Positions 40,581 to 50,188 of a DNA stretch of 64,000 nt are shown here, piece after piece (within the stretch, counting starts at the first letter, position 1; every line of letters starts with the position of its first letter). The translations under genes and the position numbers were made by a program. This DNA is from a virus (Duplodnaviria > Caudoviricetes): positions 53,990 through 117,989 of the IMG/VR virus record IMGVR_UViG_3300005711_000021; one strand, given 5' to 3'. Under the pieces are notes generated by a model that worked only from the letters and a program-made list of their open reading frames with translations, had not been told where the DNA came from and ran no database searches.

Positions 40581-40599
40581 GAAGGAGGCATTTAAAAAA

Positions 40600-40791
40600 A
40601 TGACTTATCCTATGGATTCAAATAAAAATACAAAAGTAAAATTCACAACTAACTTAACGGTAGATTGTTTAAAAAGTATTGATGAATTAAGTCATATTAT
40701 AAAAGTAAAAAATAGAAATGAAGTTATAGAATTCTTAGTTAAAAAGGAGATGTCAAAATATGAAGTGGATAAAAAAAGAGATTCCAACTGA
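40600..40791 (+). CDS. Ribbon-helix-helix (CopG/Arc-like) DNA-binding protein
   Basis: KVKFTTNL strand, VDCLKSIDELS helix, NRNEVIEFLV helix; AAGGAGG RBS. Confidence 0.65.
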   Translation: MTYPMDSNKNTKVKFTTNLTVDCLKSIDELSHIIKVKNRNEVIEFLVKKEMSKYEVDKKRDSN

Positions 40792-42469
40792 AATCATTAA
40801 ACAGATTTCAGCTAAATATGAAATTAATGAAACACTTGCACAAGTACTTTTAAATAGAGGTCTTGATGAAGAAAAGATTAATATGGTAATCAATAACATA
40901 CATGAAGCAATGATTGATCCAACTTTACTTACTAATGCTTCTTTAGCTTCTGAAAGAATTTATACTTATTTAAATGACCCAAAAGCTTATATTATCGTCA
41001 GAGCAGATTATGACGTAGATGGTCTTACATCTGGTTACATATTAGGTCAGACGTTAAGAGATTTAGGTAAGTGTAAAGTAGATGTATCTTATCCTGAACG
41101 TTCTGATGGGTATGGTCTTAGAAAAGAATTTTGTGAAGCAGTTATTGATTATAAACTTAAAAGCGGTATTGAAAGAGTACTTCTTATTACAGTAGATAAT
41201 GGTATTACAGCAGTAGATGAAGTAGAACTTCTTCAAAGTGCTGATATAGAAGTTATTATTACTGACCACCATTTACCTAAAGAAATTCTTCCTAATTGTA
41301 TTATCGTTGATCCTCATGCAGATGAAGAAGATATATTTAATCATTTAGCTGGATGTGGTGTTGCTTTTAAAGTATCACAACTTATTGCAAGATTATTTGA
41401 TAACGAAAGCTATATGAATAATTTATTAGCACCACTTGCTATTGGGACGATTGCAGATATGATGCCTATGTCATTAGAAAACATTGCTTTTTGTATCTAT
41501 GGATTAGCACAAATTAATAGCGAAGATTGTCCAATTGGTCTTAAAGCTCTTAAAGAATATCTTGGGAAAGAATCATTAAGTTTCTCAGATATTGGATGGG
41601 AAGTGGCTCCTAGATTAAATGCTTGTGGACGCATGGGTGATGTACAATTAGCATCTAGATTATTCTTTACGAATGATATGGACTATGACACTATTATGGA
41701 TGATATAGTTGTTGAAATAGATAGAATGAATAATGACCGTAAAGAACTTACTGAAGAAAAAACAAAAGAAGCTTTTAATCAAATATCAGAAGAAGATCAT
41801 ATTCAATTAGCTATTCTTAATGATTGTAAAGAAGGTATTGCAGGTGTTGTTGCTAATAAGATTATTGCAGAATATCAAAGACCTATTGTTGTTCTTGTTA
41901 AGAGTGAAAACTGCTATGTAGGTTCTGCTAGAAGTACATCAGCATGTAGTATTCAAGATATCTTAAAACAAGAATTTGAAAAAGGTAATGTTATGGCTTA
42001 TGGTGGTCATGAAGGAGCTGCAGGTCTTACTATTAATAGTGAGAACTTAAATAAATTTAGAGAAAGTATTGCTAAGTATAAATTTGATTTTATTGATCCT
42101 ATTGAACCTAGTACAGAACAAGAATTACTTATTGATGGTACACTTGAAATTAAAGACTTAGATATGGATTTATTAGAAATTCTTAATTCTATTCCATATG
42201 ATAAGAATTCTTTTGCTCCACCAGTATTTGAATTTATTGTAGAAGTAGATAAGAAAAATACAATACCAACTAAAAAAGATAACAATAACTTATGGTTAGC
42301 TATTAAAGATAAAACTGGATATAAAAAGATTTGGGCAAAAGGTCTTACTGCTAAATATGTTAGCTTAAAAAACCAAAACAAAGTAAGAATTGCTGCGGCA
42401 CTTAAAACTGACTTTATGAATAGCAATAAAACAGTTACAATGGAAATCTTAGACATTAAAGAATATTAG
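40760..42469 (+). CDS. recJ: Single-stranded DNA exonuclease RecJ (DHH family)
   Basis: DYDVDG, ITVDNG, TDHH, GTIAD, PRLNACGR, GSARS, GGHEGAAG. Confidence 0.92.
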   Translation: MKWIKKEIPTEIIKQISAKYEINETLAQVLLNRGLDEEKINMVINNIHEAMIDPTLLTNASLASERIYTYLNDPKAYIIVRADYDVDGLTSGYILGQTLRDLGKCKVDVSYPERSDGYGLRKEFCEAVIDYKLKSGIERVLLITVDNGITAVDEVELLQSADIEVIITDHHLPKEILPNCIIVDPHADEEDIFNHLAGCGVAFKVSQLIARLFDNESYMNNLLAPLAIGTIADMMPMSLENIAFCIYGLAQINSEDCPIGLKALKEYLGKESLSFSDIGWEVAPRLNACGRMGDVQLASRLFFTNDMDYDTIMDDIVVEIDRMNNDRKELTEEKTKEAFNQISEEDHIQLAILNDCKEGIAGVVANKIIAEYQRPIVVLVKSENCYVGSARSTSACSIQDILKQEFEKGNVMAYGGHEGAAGLTINSENLNKFRESIAKYKFDFIDPIEPSTEQELLIDGTLEIKDLDMDLLEILNSIPYDKNSFAPPVFEFIVEVDKKNTIPTKKDNNNLWLAIKDKTGYKKIWAKGLTAKYVSLKNQNKVRIAAALKTDFMNSNKTVTMEILDIKEY

Positions 42470-42487
42470 GGGAGAAAAACTCCCCTA
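42467..42487 (+). other. Hairpin overlapping the recJ stop codon
   Basis: TAGGGGAG-aaaaa-CTCCCCTA; no clear T-tract. Confidence 0.6.
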
Positions 42488-42508
42488 TATAAAGGGGTGT
42501 AATAACAC

Positions 42509-42871
42509 ATGAACTTAGTAAATAAACTAACTATGGATTATGAAAAATGCGTCGATATTATTAATCCATTCTTTTTTAACATTAAAACTGAAGAACCTAA
42601 AATACCTGTAAATATATCTACTGGAATAATAGCACCTAGTTATATAAAAGGTAATAGAAGTTGTATAGTAGAACTTTCTGCTAATCCTGATAATATAAAA
42701 TCAAATATGACAGATATAAAAAATAAAAAAGAACTAATGATTTTTAATAGGGGCCAATTGTTTATGTTACAAGATATTAATAGCATTGATTGGATACTAA
42801 GTAATATGACAGGATGTATCGAATTTAAAATAGAATGTAGGAACTTTATCATAGGAGGCAACAATGAGTAA
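42509..42871 (+). CDS. Small protein with MNLV N-terminus
   Basis: 120-aa ORF, AAGGGG RBS, between recJ and dnaE. Confidence 0.6.
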   Translation: MNLVNKLTMDYEKCVDIINPFFFNIKTEEPKIPVNISTGIIAPSYIKGNRSCIVELSANPDNIKSNMTDIKNKKELMIFNRGQLFMLQDINSIDWILSNMTGCIEFKIECRNFIIGGNNE

Positions 42872-44243
42872 AAACTTTAATCATATTCATGTACACACAA
42901 GATATAGCTTTTTAGATGGTATGGCATCAGCATCTGAACTTGCTAAGTTAGCTAAAGAATTAAATATGAAAGCATTAGCTATTACAGATCATAATCACTT
43001 AGGTGGTGTTTATGAATTTCAAGAAGCTTGTAAAGTTGAAGGTATTAAACCATTACTCGGTTGTGAAATGTATTATACAGAAGATACAACTATATTATCT
43101 TTACCAGCTGATGAAAGAACAGAGTTAGCTATTAATAAAGCTAAAGATGCTGGTGTAGATATACCTGATAAAATCGGTGGTAAGAAAATTACTAAGAAAC
43201 AAATTAATGAATTAATAGCTGATTATACTTATGACACAAAACAATACCATATCTTATTTATTGCACAAAATCAAACAGGGTGGAAAAACCTTGTTCAACT
43301 TCAATCAGAAGCAGCTGCTAAATGTACTTATAATGGTCGTTATCTTTGTGACTTAGAAATGATTAAAAAGCATAGTGAAGGACTTATTATGACAACAGCA
43401 TGTGTTGGTAGTAAAATTGCTCATCTTATTAATCATGATAAAGAAGCCGAAGCAGAGTCTTTAATGCTTAAGTTTAAAGATATCTTTGAAGATAGATTGT
43501 TCTTAGAGATTCAACCATTAGATATTCCTGAACAACGAAGAGTTAATGCAACTTATATGACATGGAGTAAGAAATACAATATTAAATTAATAGCTACTAA
43601 TGACGTACATTATGGTAGAAAAGAAGATCATGATGATCACGATACATTACTTTGTATTGGAACAGGTAGCTATAAAACAGAAGAAGAACGTATTCATTAT
43701 ACAAATGATTTTTGGCTTAAATCTTATGATGAAATGATAGATGGTTTTAATTCACAATGTATTTCTTATCATGGAACATTTAATGAAGCTTATTTAAACT
43801 ATTGTAAAATAGCATTAGAAAATACACTTCTACTTGCTGATATGGTTGATGAGGATATTAAATTAGGTTCTGATGTAGATTTGTTCCCTCAATTAGATAT
43901 TCCAAATAATATGTCTCCTGAAACTTATTTAACAATGCTTTGTTATAAAAACTTATATAAATATAAAAATAAACGTAGTAGTATTACACTTAGAAAGTAT
44001 GAAGCAAGATTAGATGAAGAATTACATATTATTAATAGCAAAGGATTTGCACCATATATTTTAACTGTATTTGAATATGTAAACTGGTGTGATCAACAGA
44101 AAATTCCTGTAGGACCAGGAAGAGGTTCAGCGGCAGGTTCACTTATTCTTTTCTTGTTAGGGATTACAAAAGTAATCGACCCAATTGAATATGATTTATT
44201 GTTCTTTAGATTCTTAACAATGGATAGAACTGCTCCACCAGAT
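42864..44243 (+). CDS. dnaE: DNA polymerase III alpha subunit, exon 1 (PHP domain and palm start)
   Basis: HIHVHTRYSFLDG, AITDH, ATNDVHY, GPGRGSAAGS, LLFFRFL..R..PPD. Confidence 0.93.
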
Positions 44244-44630
44244 TGTACTCAAGTTGCATAATTAGTTACAATCATGTTTTTAACAAAAAATTATGCGAGT
44301 TGTACACAGTTGAGCCTAATGGGAACATTGGGTGTTAAGAGCCTTGAAATGCTGGGAAGCCCTAAAGTCTTATATGCTACAGCACAAGAATGAAACATAT
44401 CTAAATGCGAATGCGGCGAAAGCAGAAAAAAATATAAGAATGTTATATGAGGAAACTCTAAGTAATAAACAACAATGGGTAATCAGCAGGGAAGCTTCGA
44501 ATAGAAGAACCCTCAACGACCAGTCCAAAGGGACGTAGCGAAAGCGAAGTGGGGCAACCTCTCAGATAATGCTGGTGGTGAAGATATGGTCTATTCCGTA
44601 AAAAATATCTCGAAAGAGACGGTGTTAAAG
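44244..44630 (+). ncRNA. Group I self-splicing intron (IA-like, no homing endonuclease), 387 nt
   Basis: Follows U44243 and ends in G44630. P (AAATGCTGGGAA, 44347), Q (AATCAGCAGG, 44481), R (CTCAACGACCA), S (AAGATATGGTC, 44581). P7 GACCA/TGGTC, P7.1 GTCC/GGAC, P2 and P9 with GNRA loops. Excision restores PPD-IDLDF. Confidence 0.92.
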
Positions 44631-46652
44631 ATTGATTTGGATTTCAGTTACTTTGGTCGTGATAGATTAATAGAACATCTTGAACATAAATATGGTACAG
44701 ATAAAGTATGTCATATTGGTACATATACAACAATGGGAGTTAAATCTGGTCTTAAAGATGTAGGACGAGTTCTACAAATAGATTTTGGTATCATGAATAG
44801 TATTACAAAAGAAATTGATATCATTACAGATGATGCTCCAGGAATTAAGTTTAAACATTTAGATGCATTAGCTGAATCTGATTTAGAAAAAGATAAAGCT
44901 AAGTATAAACAGTTTAAAGAATTAGAAGATAGATATCCTGAGTTATTTAGATTAGCAAGACGTTTTGAAGGTACACCAAGAAATATGGGTGTTCATGCAT
45001 CAGGTATTTTAATTACACCAATGCCAGTTGCTGATTTATTCCCAACTCGTGTTGATCCAAAAACAGGAGTTACTGTGGCACTTTATACTGGTCCTCAATT
45101 AGAATCTTTATCTGCTATTAAAGTAGACATATTAGGGCTCAAGACATTAGATGTTCTTGATATGACAGCTAAATCTATTGACCCTAACTCTAACTTAGAA
45201 GATTACTATGATATTGTTAAAACAGATGATAAAAAAATGTTTAATCTTATAAAATCAAAAGCAACAGATGGTTTATTCCAAATTGAATCTCCTTTATTTA
45301 AAGGATTATGCGATAGTATTCAACCAGATAATATTGATGATATTATTGCAATTACATCTATCGGTCGTCCTGGTCCATTATCTGCGGGAATGGATAAAAT
45401 GTATGCTGATAGAAAACATGGTCGTGAACAAGCAGTTGAACCATTACCTAATACATGGGATTTAGTAAGTAATACATATGGAACAATTATTTATCAAGAA
45501 GCAATCATGTTAATAGCTCAAAGAGTAGCTGGCTTTAATGGAAACCAAGCAGATAGTTATTTACGCAAAGGCTTTGCGAAAAAGAAGAAAGTTTTAATGG
45601 ATATGTGTAAACAATGGTTTATCTATGGTAAGAAAAATATAGAAGCACCTATTGGTACAGATGAAAATAATCTAGACCAACCTATGTATGATCCAATAGG
45701 AAAACATGGTACAGAAATCTTAGGCGGTATTGCTAATGGATATGAAGAACAACAACTTAAAGATTTTTGGAGTAATATTGAAGGATTTGCTGATTACTTA
45801 TTTAATAAATCTCATGCAGCATGTTATTCTTATATAACTGTTCTTACAGCATATTTTAAAACATATTATCCTGCTAAATTTATGGCGGCACTTCTTACTA
45901 TGCAAGATAATGCAGATAAGATTGATCAATATGTAAAAATTACTAGACAAATGGGTATTCCAGTAACAGCACCAGACATTAATATATCTCAAAAAGGTTT
46001 TGTTGAAAACGATGGTAAAATCCTTTATGGATTAGGCTCTATTAAAGGTGTTGGAGAAAATTCAATTGCTGAACTTATTGCTAATAGACCATATACTTCT
46101 ATTGAAGATGCTCTTTCTAAAGTAGATAAAAAACATCTAAATAAACGTGTAGGTGTTGCCTTAATTAAAGCTGGTGCTTTTGAAGCTATTAATAAAAATA
46201 GATATACTTTACTTCAAGAGTTTTATACTCTTAGAAAAGATAAAGATGAATATGAATCTGCTGAATTATATAATAGAGAAGTATGTATGGAAATGGAACA
46301 AGAAGTATTAGGAACAACTATTACATATGTTCCATTCTGGGATAATGTTGTAACAGGTCAAACTGTTGAATTAGAATTTGAACTTAAAAAGGTTCAAGAG
46401 AAAGCAGATAAAAAAGGAAACCTTATGGCATTTGTAGATGGTACTTGTGATGGTTCTCCTATAAGAGCAGTTGTTTTCTCTAAAACTTATGTTAAAAATA
46501 TTGCTTACTTTGATATGAACTTTAATACAAAGATTATATTAAAAGGTAAAAAAGATGAAAAAGGTGCTTTAATTGTTTCTTCTGCAAAAGAATATAAAGA
46601 GACTTTTAATGAAGAAGATATGTTTACAAGAGATTTAGAGGGCGTTATTTAA
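44631..46652 (+). CDS. dnaE: DNA polymerase III alpha subunit, exon 2
   Basis: IDLDF, GVHASG, KVDILGL, GLFQIES, RPGP, IIYQE, FNKSHAACY, PDIN, GLGSIKGVG, C-terminal OB fold. Confidence 0.93.
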   Translation: MDLDFSYFGRDRLIEHLEHKYGTDKVCHIGTYTTMGVKSGLKDVGRVLQIDFGIMNSITKEIDIITDDAPGIKFKHLDALAESDLEKDKAKYKQFKELEDRYPELFRLARRFEGTPRNMGVHASGILITPMPVADLFPTRVDPKTGVTVALYTGPQLESLSAIKVDILGLKTLDVLDMTAKSIDPNSNLEDYYDIVKTDDKKMFNLIKSKATDGLFQIESPLFKGLCDSIQPDNIDDIIAITSIGRPGPLSAGMDKMYADRKHGREQAVEPLPNTWDLVSNTYGTIIYQEAIMLIAQRVAGFNGNQADSYLRKGFAKKKKVLMDMCKQWFIYGKKNIEAPIGTDENNLDQPMYDPIGKHGTEILGGIANGYEEQQLKDFWSNIEGFADYLFNKSHAACYSYITVLTAYFKTYYPAKFMAALLTMQDNADKIDQYVKITRQMGIPVTAPDINISQKGFVENDGKILYGLGSIKGVGENSIAELIANRPYTSIEDALSKVDKKHLNKRVGVALIKAGAFEAINKNRYTLLQEFYTLRKDKDEYESAELYNREVCMEMEQEVLGTTITYVPFWDNVVTGQTVELEFELKKVQEKADKKGNLMAFVDGTCDGSPIRAVVFSKTYVKNIAYFDMNFNTKIILKGKKDEKGALIVSSAKEYKETFNEEDMFTRDLEGVI

Positions 46653-46677
46653 CGCTCTCTTTAAAAGGAGGATTATA

Positions 46678-46929
46678 ATGAACTTAATAGATAATCTAAT
46701 ACAACCTGAGAAACAAATAAATACAACGCCACATCTTTCTGCGGGCGATCATATAATAGATTGGAGTATGGCTATTAATCCTGGAAATATAATTACAGAT
46801 ACTAATAGATACGGAACATTAACAGCTAATGCTACATCAAGCATTTCAAGAAATGAACTTTCAGATGAAACAATAAATAGAATAGCAGAAAGAGTTTATG
46901 AATTAATTAGACAAAGGGGATTGGAATAA
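46678..46929 (+). CDS. Small protein with MNLI N-terminus
   Basis: AAGGAGG RBS; preceded by a hairpin at about 46637-46661. Confidence 0.6.
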   Translation: MNLIDNLIQPEKQINTTPHLSAGDHIIDWSMAINPGNIITDTNRYGTLTANATSSISRNELSDETINRIAERVYELIRQRGLE

Positions 46930-47123
46930 TGAATTTAGTAGATAAATATTGTAATACGATACATCAAAAGCTATTAAAATATGAACTTATATCTAAAAAA
47001 TATTCAAAGTTAAAACTTGTTGATTTCACATTAGAACATAATAATACATATAATCAGTTTTCATGGACCGTAAATGGATATGTAAATACAAGTGATATTA
47101 GTAGTAGAACAATAACATATTAA
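46929..47123 (+). CDS. Small protein with MNLV N-terminus
   Basis: Coupled to the upstream stop (TAATG). Confidence 0.55.
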   Translation: MNLVDKYCNTIHQKLLKYELISKKYSKLKLVDFTLEHNNTYNQFSWTVNGYVNTSDISSRTITY

Positions 47124-47152
47124 AAGCTCCTTACAAAAAAGGAGCTTTATTT
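47122..47152. terminator. Bidirectional terminator between convergent blocks
   Basis: AAAGCTCCTT-acaaaa-AAGGAGCTTT with A/T tracts on both sides. Confidence 0.75.
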
Positions 47153-47188
47153 ATTATACTATATTAATATTTATATTATTAGGTCTTT

Positions 47189-49201
47189 CTATAATTGACC
47201 TTCATGTGTATCTAACTGTAATTGTAATTTAACAAGTAAACTGTTTAGGTTATCGAATTTACTTGTTAATTCTCCTATTTTATCTACTGGAACAGTAATT
47301 TCTACTGATGAAGGTTTAACTGCATCTCCAAAGGTAAATTTATTTGTAGCTTGGGTTAGAATTGGTGGCATTAGTTCTTTTGGAATATTAGTAACGATTG
47401 GCGTTTCAAGTTGAAAACGTATTGTGACATTATTGGTTGTCACCCACGACTTGAATCCATTTACATCTAAATCGTTTATGTCTGACCCAGTGAAGTTTAT
47501 TTGACTGGATGAATTATGTGCAGAAACACCATCAGAACCAGTTTTATATAAATCAGCATATGAAAGAGATTTTTTTACATTGCACATTACAGAAGCATTG
47601 TTAAGAGATTTTGCTACGTTTACGGTCGAAAGAGCAAATCTACACGAGTTAGATGAGCTAATTTGAAATTTAACAATGTTCAAAGCAATAGTTTCAGTAG
47701 GTGACATGCTTTTTGTATTCTGTGTCCAAACCCCACTACCATCTTCCTTAATCTCTAGTGTGTCATATACTCCGCCAATTCCGCCTAGTTCAATAACTTT
47801 CCCTTGTGCCTTATCTTCCTCTGTAGCATAAAATGAATATTTTAAGCCATTATTTGAGATGATTGCTTTAGTTGAGTTTAGTCCTTGTGGTATAAATTTG
47901 TCATATTTAGTTGTATTTGTATGGTCGCCTTCTATAATCCAATACCTATATACCAATTTTTCCCTATTAATGTTATGCACATAGTTTATATGTAATGGGG
48001 TATTGTCTACAATTGTTTTTGCTTGTTTAAATATCCCTATATCTCCAACTTTAGGCTTGATTGAAAAATATTGATAACCTCCAGCTCCACAATCAACCGT
48101 TATGTTATTTTCTATAATTTCCATGAATAATGTGTATGTCTTACCAATTATAAGGTTTGCACAAGATGCTGAAAATTTTCCATATGCTCCTGTTTGATTA
48201 ATTTTATAATCATTATCTATTGCTATGTTTGTATCAATTTTGCCTTTCGCATAATCAAATATCTCATTTTTAACCGTCTGCCCCTCAATCTTAGCACCTA
48301 ACACCCTTTGTTTCTCTATTCCATTTTCTACAAGAATATCTTCACCTTTGCTTGTAAACTCTTTACCGAGTTTACTTAATAATGCTGTATATCTTTCCTC
48401 TTCTGTATGCCCAGTGCGAGTTGTAATGTGGTCTGTATTAGAAGAAATAACGTAATCGTTTATCTTATTAATAGCTGGTGTATTATTAAGTACTGATAAG
48501 TTATGTTGGAATTCTTGATAAGATAATTCTCTATTATATATTTGCAAATCTTTTAATGTAGCATCTGCTCCTACGCTACCATCCCAAAACCCTAATGCCC
48601 ATAAATTAGCTATTGAAGGTTCTTTATCTGTGTAATTGATATAGCATTCTTGTTTTCCATTTAAAAAAGCATAAACATGATTTCCTAAAAGTCTAATTAT
48701 TATATTGTAATCAGTGCCAATTTGTATTTTTGTAGTACCTGTTGAAGATGAAGTTCTTCTTTGTAAATGCAATTGCCCTGTACTTGTAATACCAATTCTA
48801 AACTCCCCATTACTTTCTGATAGAAGCCATTTCGATGTAGATGGACTATTAAGTCTAACATTAAAAACTATCTCGTATTGCTGCGAAGGTTTATTGATTG
48901 CGAGTTTTGTTGAAGTTGTATATGCATACCTATCTGCATATACCAATCCCTCTTGTATAACTTTATTCTCAATGAAATTAACATTAACTGATTGACCATC
49001 TACAGTTACTTTATTATCAATACCGTCTAATTTAATCTTGTCTTTAAAACTCATAAAACCATCTTGTGAAGTAGTTGCATTAGAATGTTTATGATTATGT
49101 GAGGCAAAATCAGTTGAGTTTAAATTATTTAGTTTTTCAGCATTCTCTACTTCTAATGATGCCCATGTATTATTTAGCCAATACAATGCTTTTGGTTTCA
49201 T
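47189..49201 (-). CDS. Tail fibre / receptor-binding protein A (LamG-like domain plus one EGQTVKN module)
   Basis: ATTSQDGFMS..DKIKLDGI fibre motif; LQIYNRELS LamG-like motif; EGQTVKN...FQLETP module; ends LQLQLDTHEGQL. Confidence 0.75.
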   Translation of the reverse strand: MKPKALYWLNNTWASLEVENAEKLNNLNSTDFASHNHKHSNATTSQDGFMSFKDKIKLDGIDNKVTVDGQSVNVNFIENKVIQEGLVYADRYAYTTSTKLAINKPSQQYEIVFNVRLNSPSTSKWLLSESNGEFRIGITSTGQLHLQRRTSSSTGTTKIQIGTDYNIIIRLLGNHVYAFLNGKQECYINYTDKEPSIANLWALGFWDGSVGADATLKDLQIYNRELSYQEFQHNLSVLNNTPAINKINDYVISSNTDHITTRTGHTEEERYTALLSKLGKEFTSKGEDILVENGIEKQRVLGAKIEGQTVKNEIFDYAKGKIDTNIAIDNDYKINQTGAYGKFSASCANLIIGKTYTLFMEIIENNITVDCGAGGYQYFSIKPKVGDIGIFKQAKTIVDNTPLHINYVHNINREKLVYRYWIIEGDHTNTTKYDKFIPQGLNSTKAIISNNGLKYSFYATEEDKAQGKVIELGGIGGVYDTLEIKEDGSGVWTQNTKSMSPTETIALNIVKFQISSSNSCRFALSTVNVAKSLNNASVMCNVKKSLSYADLYKTGSDGVSAHNSSSQINFTGSDINDLDVNGFKSWVTTNNVTIRFQLETPIVTNIPKELMPPILTQATNKFTFGDAVKPSSVEITVPVDKIGELTSKFDNLNSLLVKLQLQLDTHEGQL
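48258..48310 (-). repeat. 53-bp perfect inverted repeat, left arm
   Basis: Exact reverse complement of 61419-61471. Confidence 0.95.
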
Positions 49202-49230
49202 AAAAAATACCTCCTATATTAATATATTTT

Positions 49231-49259
49231 AAAAAGATAGGCTATTAAAAGCCTATCTT
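49231..49259 (-). terminator. Rho-independent terminator (minus strand)
   Basis: AAGATAGGCT/AGCCTATCTT hairpin followed by T-tract on the minus strand. Confidence 0.65.
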
Positions 49260-49314
49260 AATTTCAGGATAAAATCTCTCCTTGTAGGATAAGATTCTAC
49301 TTATGCTATTACAT

Positions 49315-50172
49315 CTATATCCTTGATTTTACATAGTCAAGATATTTTTCTGGGCATTCTTCTAATGTTTTTCTTTTTGTTATTATCCATCTTACCCACA
49401 TATCAGCCATACAATTAGATGATTTATCTTTAGTAGAAATAACATTAAGAAGGTCAATTTCTTGTGCATTTAATTTATTATCTATTTCAAATAATGCATC
49501 TGCAATAAGTTCAATATCTGTTAAAGTATTTTCTTTTTCCTTTTTTAATTGTTCTGTGTTATCAATTGAAATATAAATATCAGATTCAAATGATTTTAAT
49601 TCGTTATCAACATAAGCTTTTAAAACAATATTACAATACTCTGTTTCCTTTGGAGTAAGTCTAGGTAGAGCTAATTTATCATAGTTACAAAAGACTTTAT
49701 TATCTTTAAGATATAAAGGATCATTTAATATATATTCTTCTATATTAAGCTTAAGTTGAATTCCTGTTTCAAGATCTATATATAGTTCTGGAGAAATACC
49801 TTCTTCGTTTGCTATATGATTATTAACCAATCTATGTGAATAATTTAAAGTAATATCTTTTTTAACTGGCTCAGAAAAAGTAACTTTTGATTCTTTTATA
49901 ACTTCATTTATAAATAAGTTATCTTCGCCATATAAAAATATTTTAATATCATTTCTATAAGTTAATGCTTTAGATGAAACATTATCTATATCATTCATCA
50001 CGGCCGATTTATAAAGTTCTTTATTTAAATTGTCTTCTGTGATAGGTAGAACAAATTGAATAAGAACATATAGAGATTTATTATTAATAGCTATATGATA
50101 TAACTTAGTATTTTCTGTAACGTTTTTTAATTCATTTGTTAAACATTCTTTTAAATAAAAACTTTGTTTCAT
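49315..50172 (-). CDS. Tail-fibre-associated protein with C-terminal CD1375-like chaperone motif
   Basis: MADMWVRWIITKRKTLEECPEKYLDYVK; start moved to ATG 50172 behind AAGGAGG. Confidence 0.55.
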   Translation of the reverse strand: MKQSFYLKECLTNELKNVTENTKLYHIAINNKSLYVLIQFVLPITEDNLNKELYKSAVMNDIDNVSSKALTYRNDIKIFLYGEDNLFINEVIKESKVTFSEPVKKDITLNYSHRLVNNHIANEEGISPELYIDLETGIQLKLNIEEYILNDPLYLKDNKVFCNYDKLALPRLTPKETEYCNIVLKAYVDNELKSFESDIYISIDNTEQLKKEKENTLTDIELIADALFEIDNKLNAQEIDLLNVISTKDKSSNCMADMWVRWIITKRKTLEECPEKYLDYVKSRI

Positions 50173-50188
50173 TATAAAAATACCCTCC

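Noticed and set aside
44244-44261. Split intein in dnaE (Cys directly after PPD)
   Set aside because: Only CTQVA precedes the stop, there are no intein blocks, and the downstream extein starts with Ile; the group I intron explains the break.
44332-44538. 68-aa ORF inside the dnaE interruption as a homing endonuclease
   Set aside because: Overlaps the intron catalytic core (P4-P7) and has no LAGLIDADG, GIY-YIG or HNH motif.
44586-44630. Independent start for a second dnaE gene
   Set aside because: This ATG lies within intron element S/P7; the first 15 codons are intron sequence.
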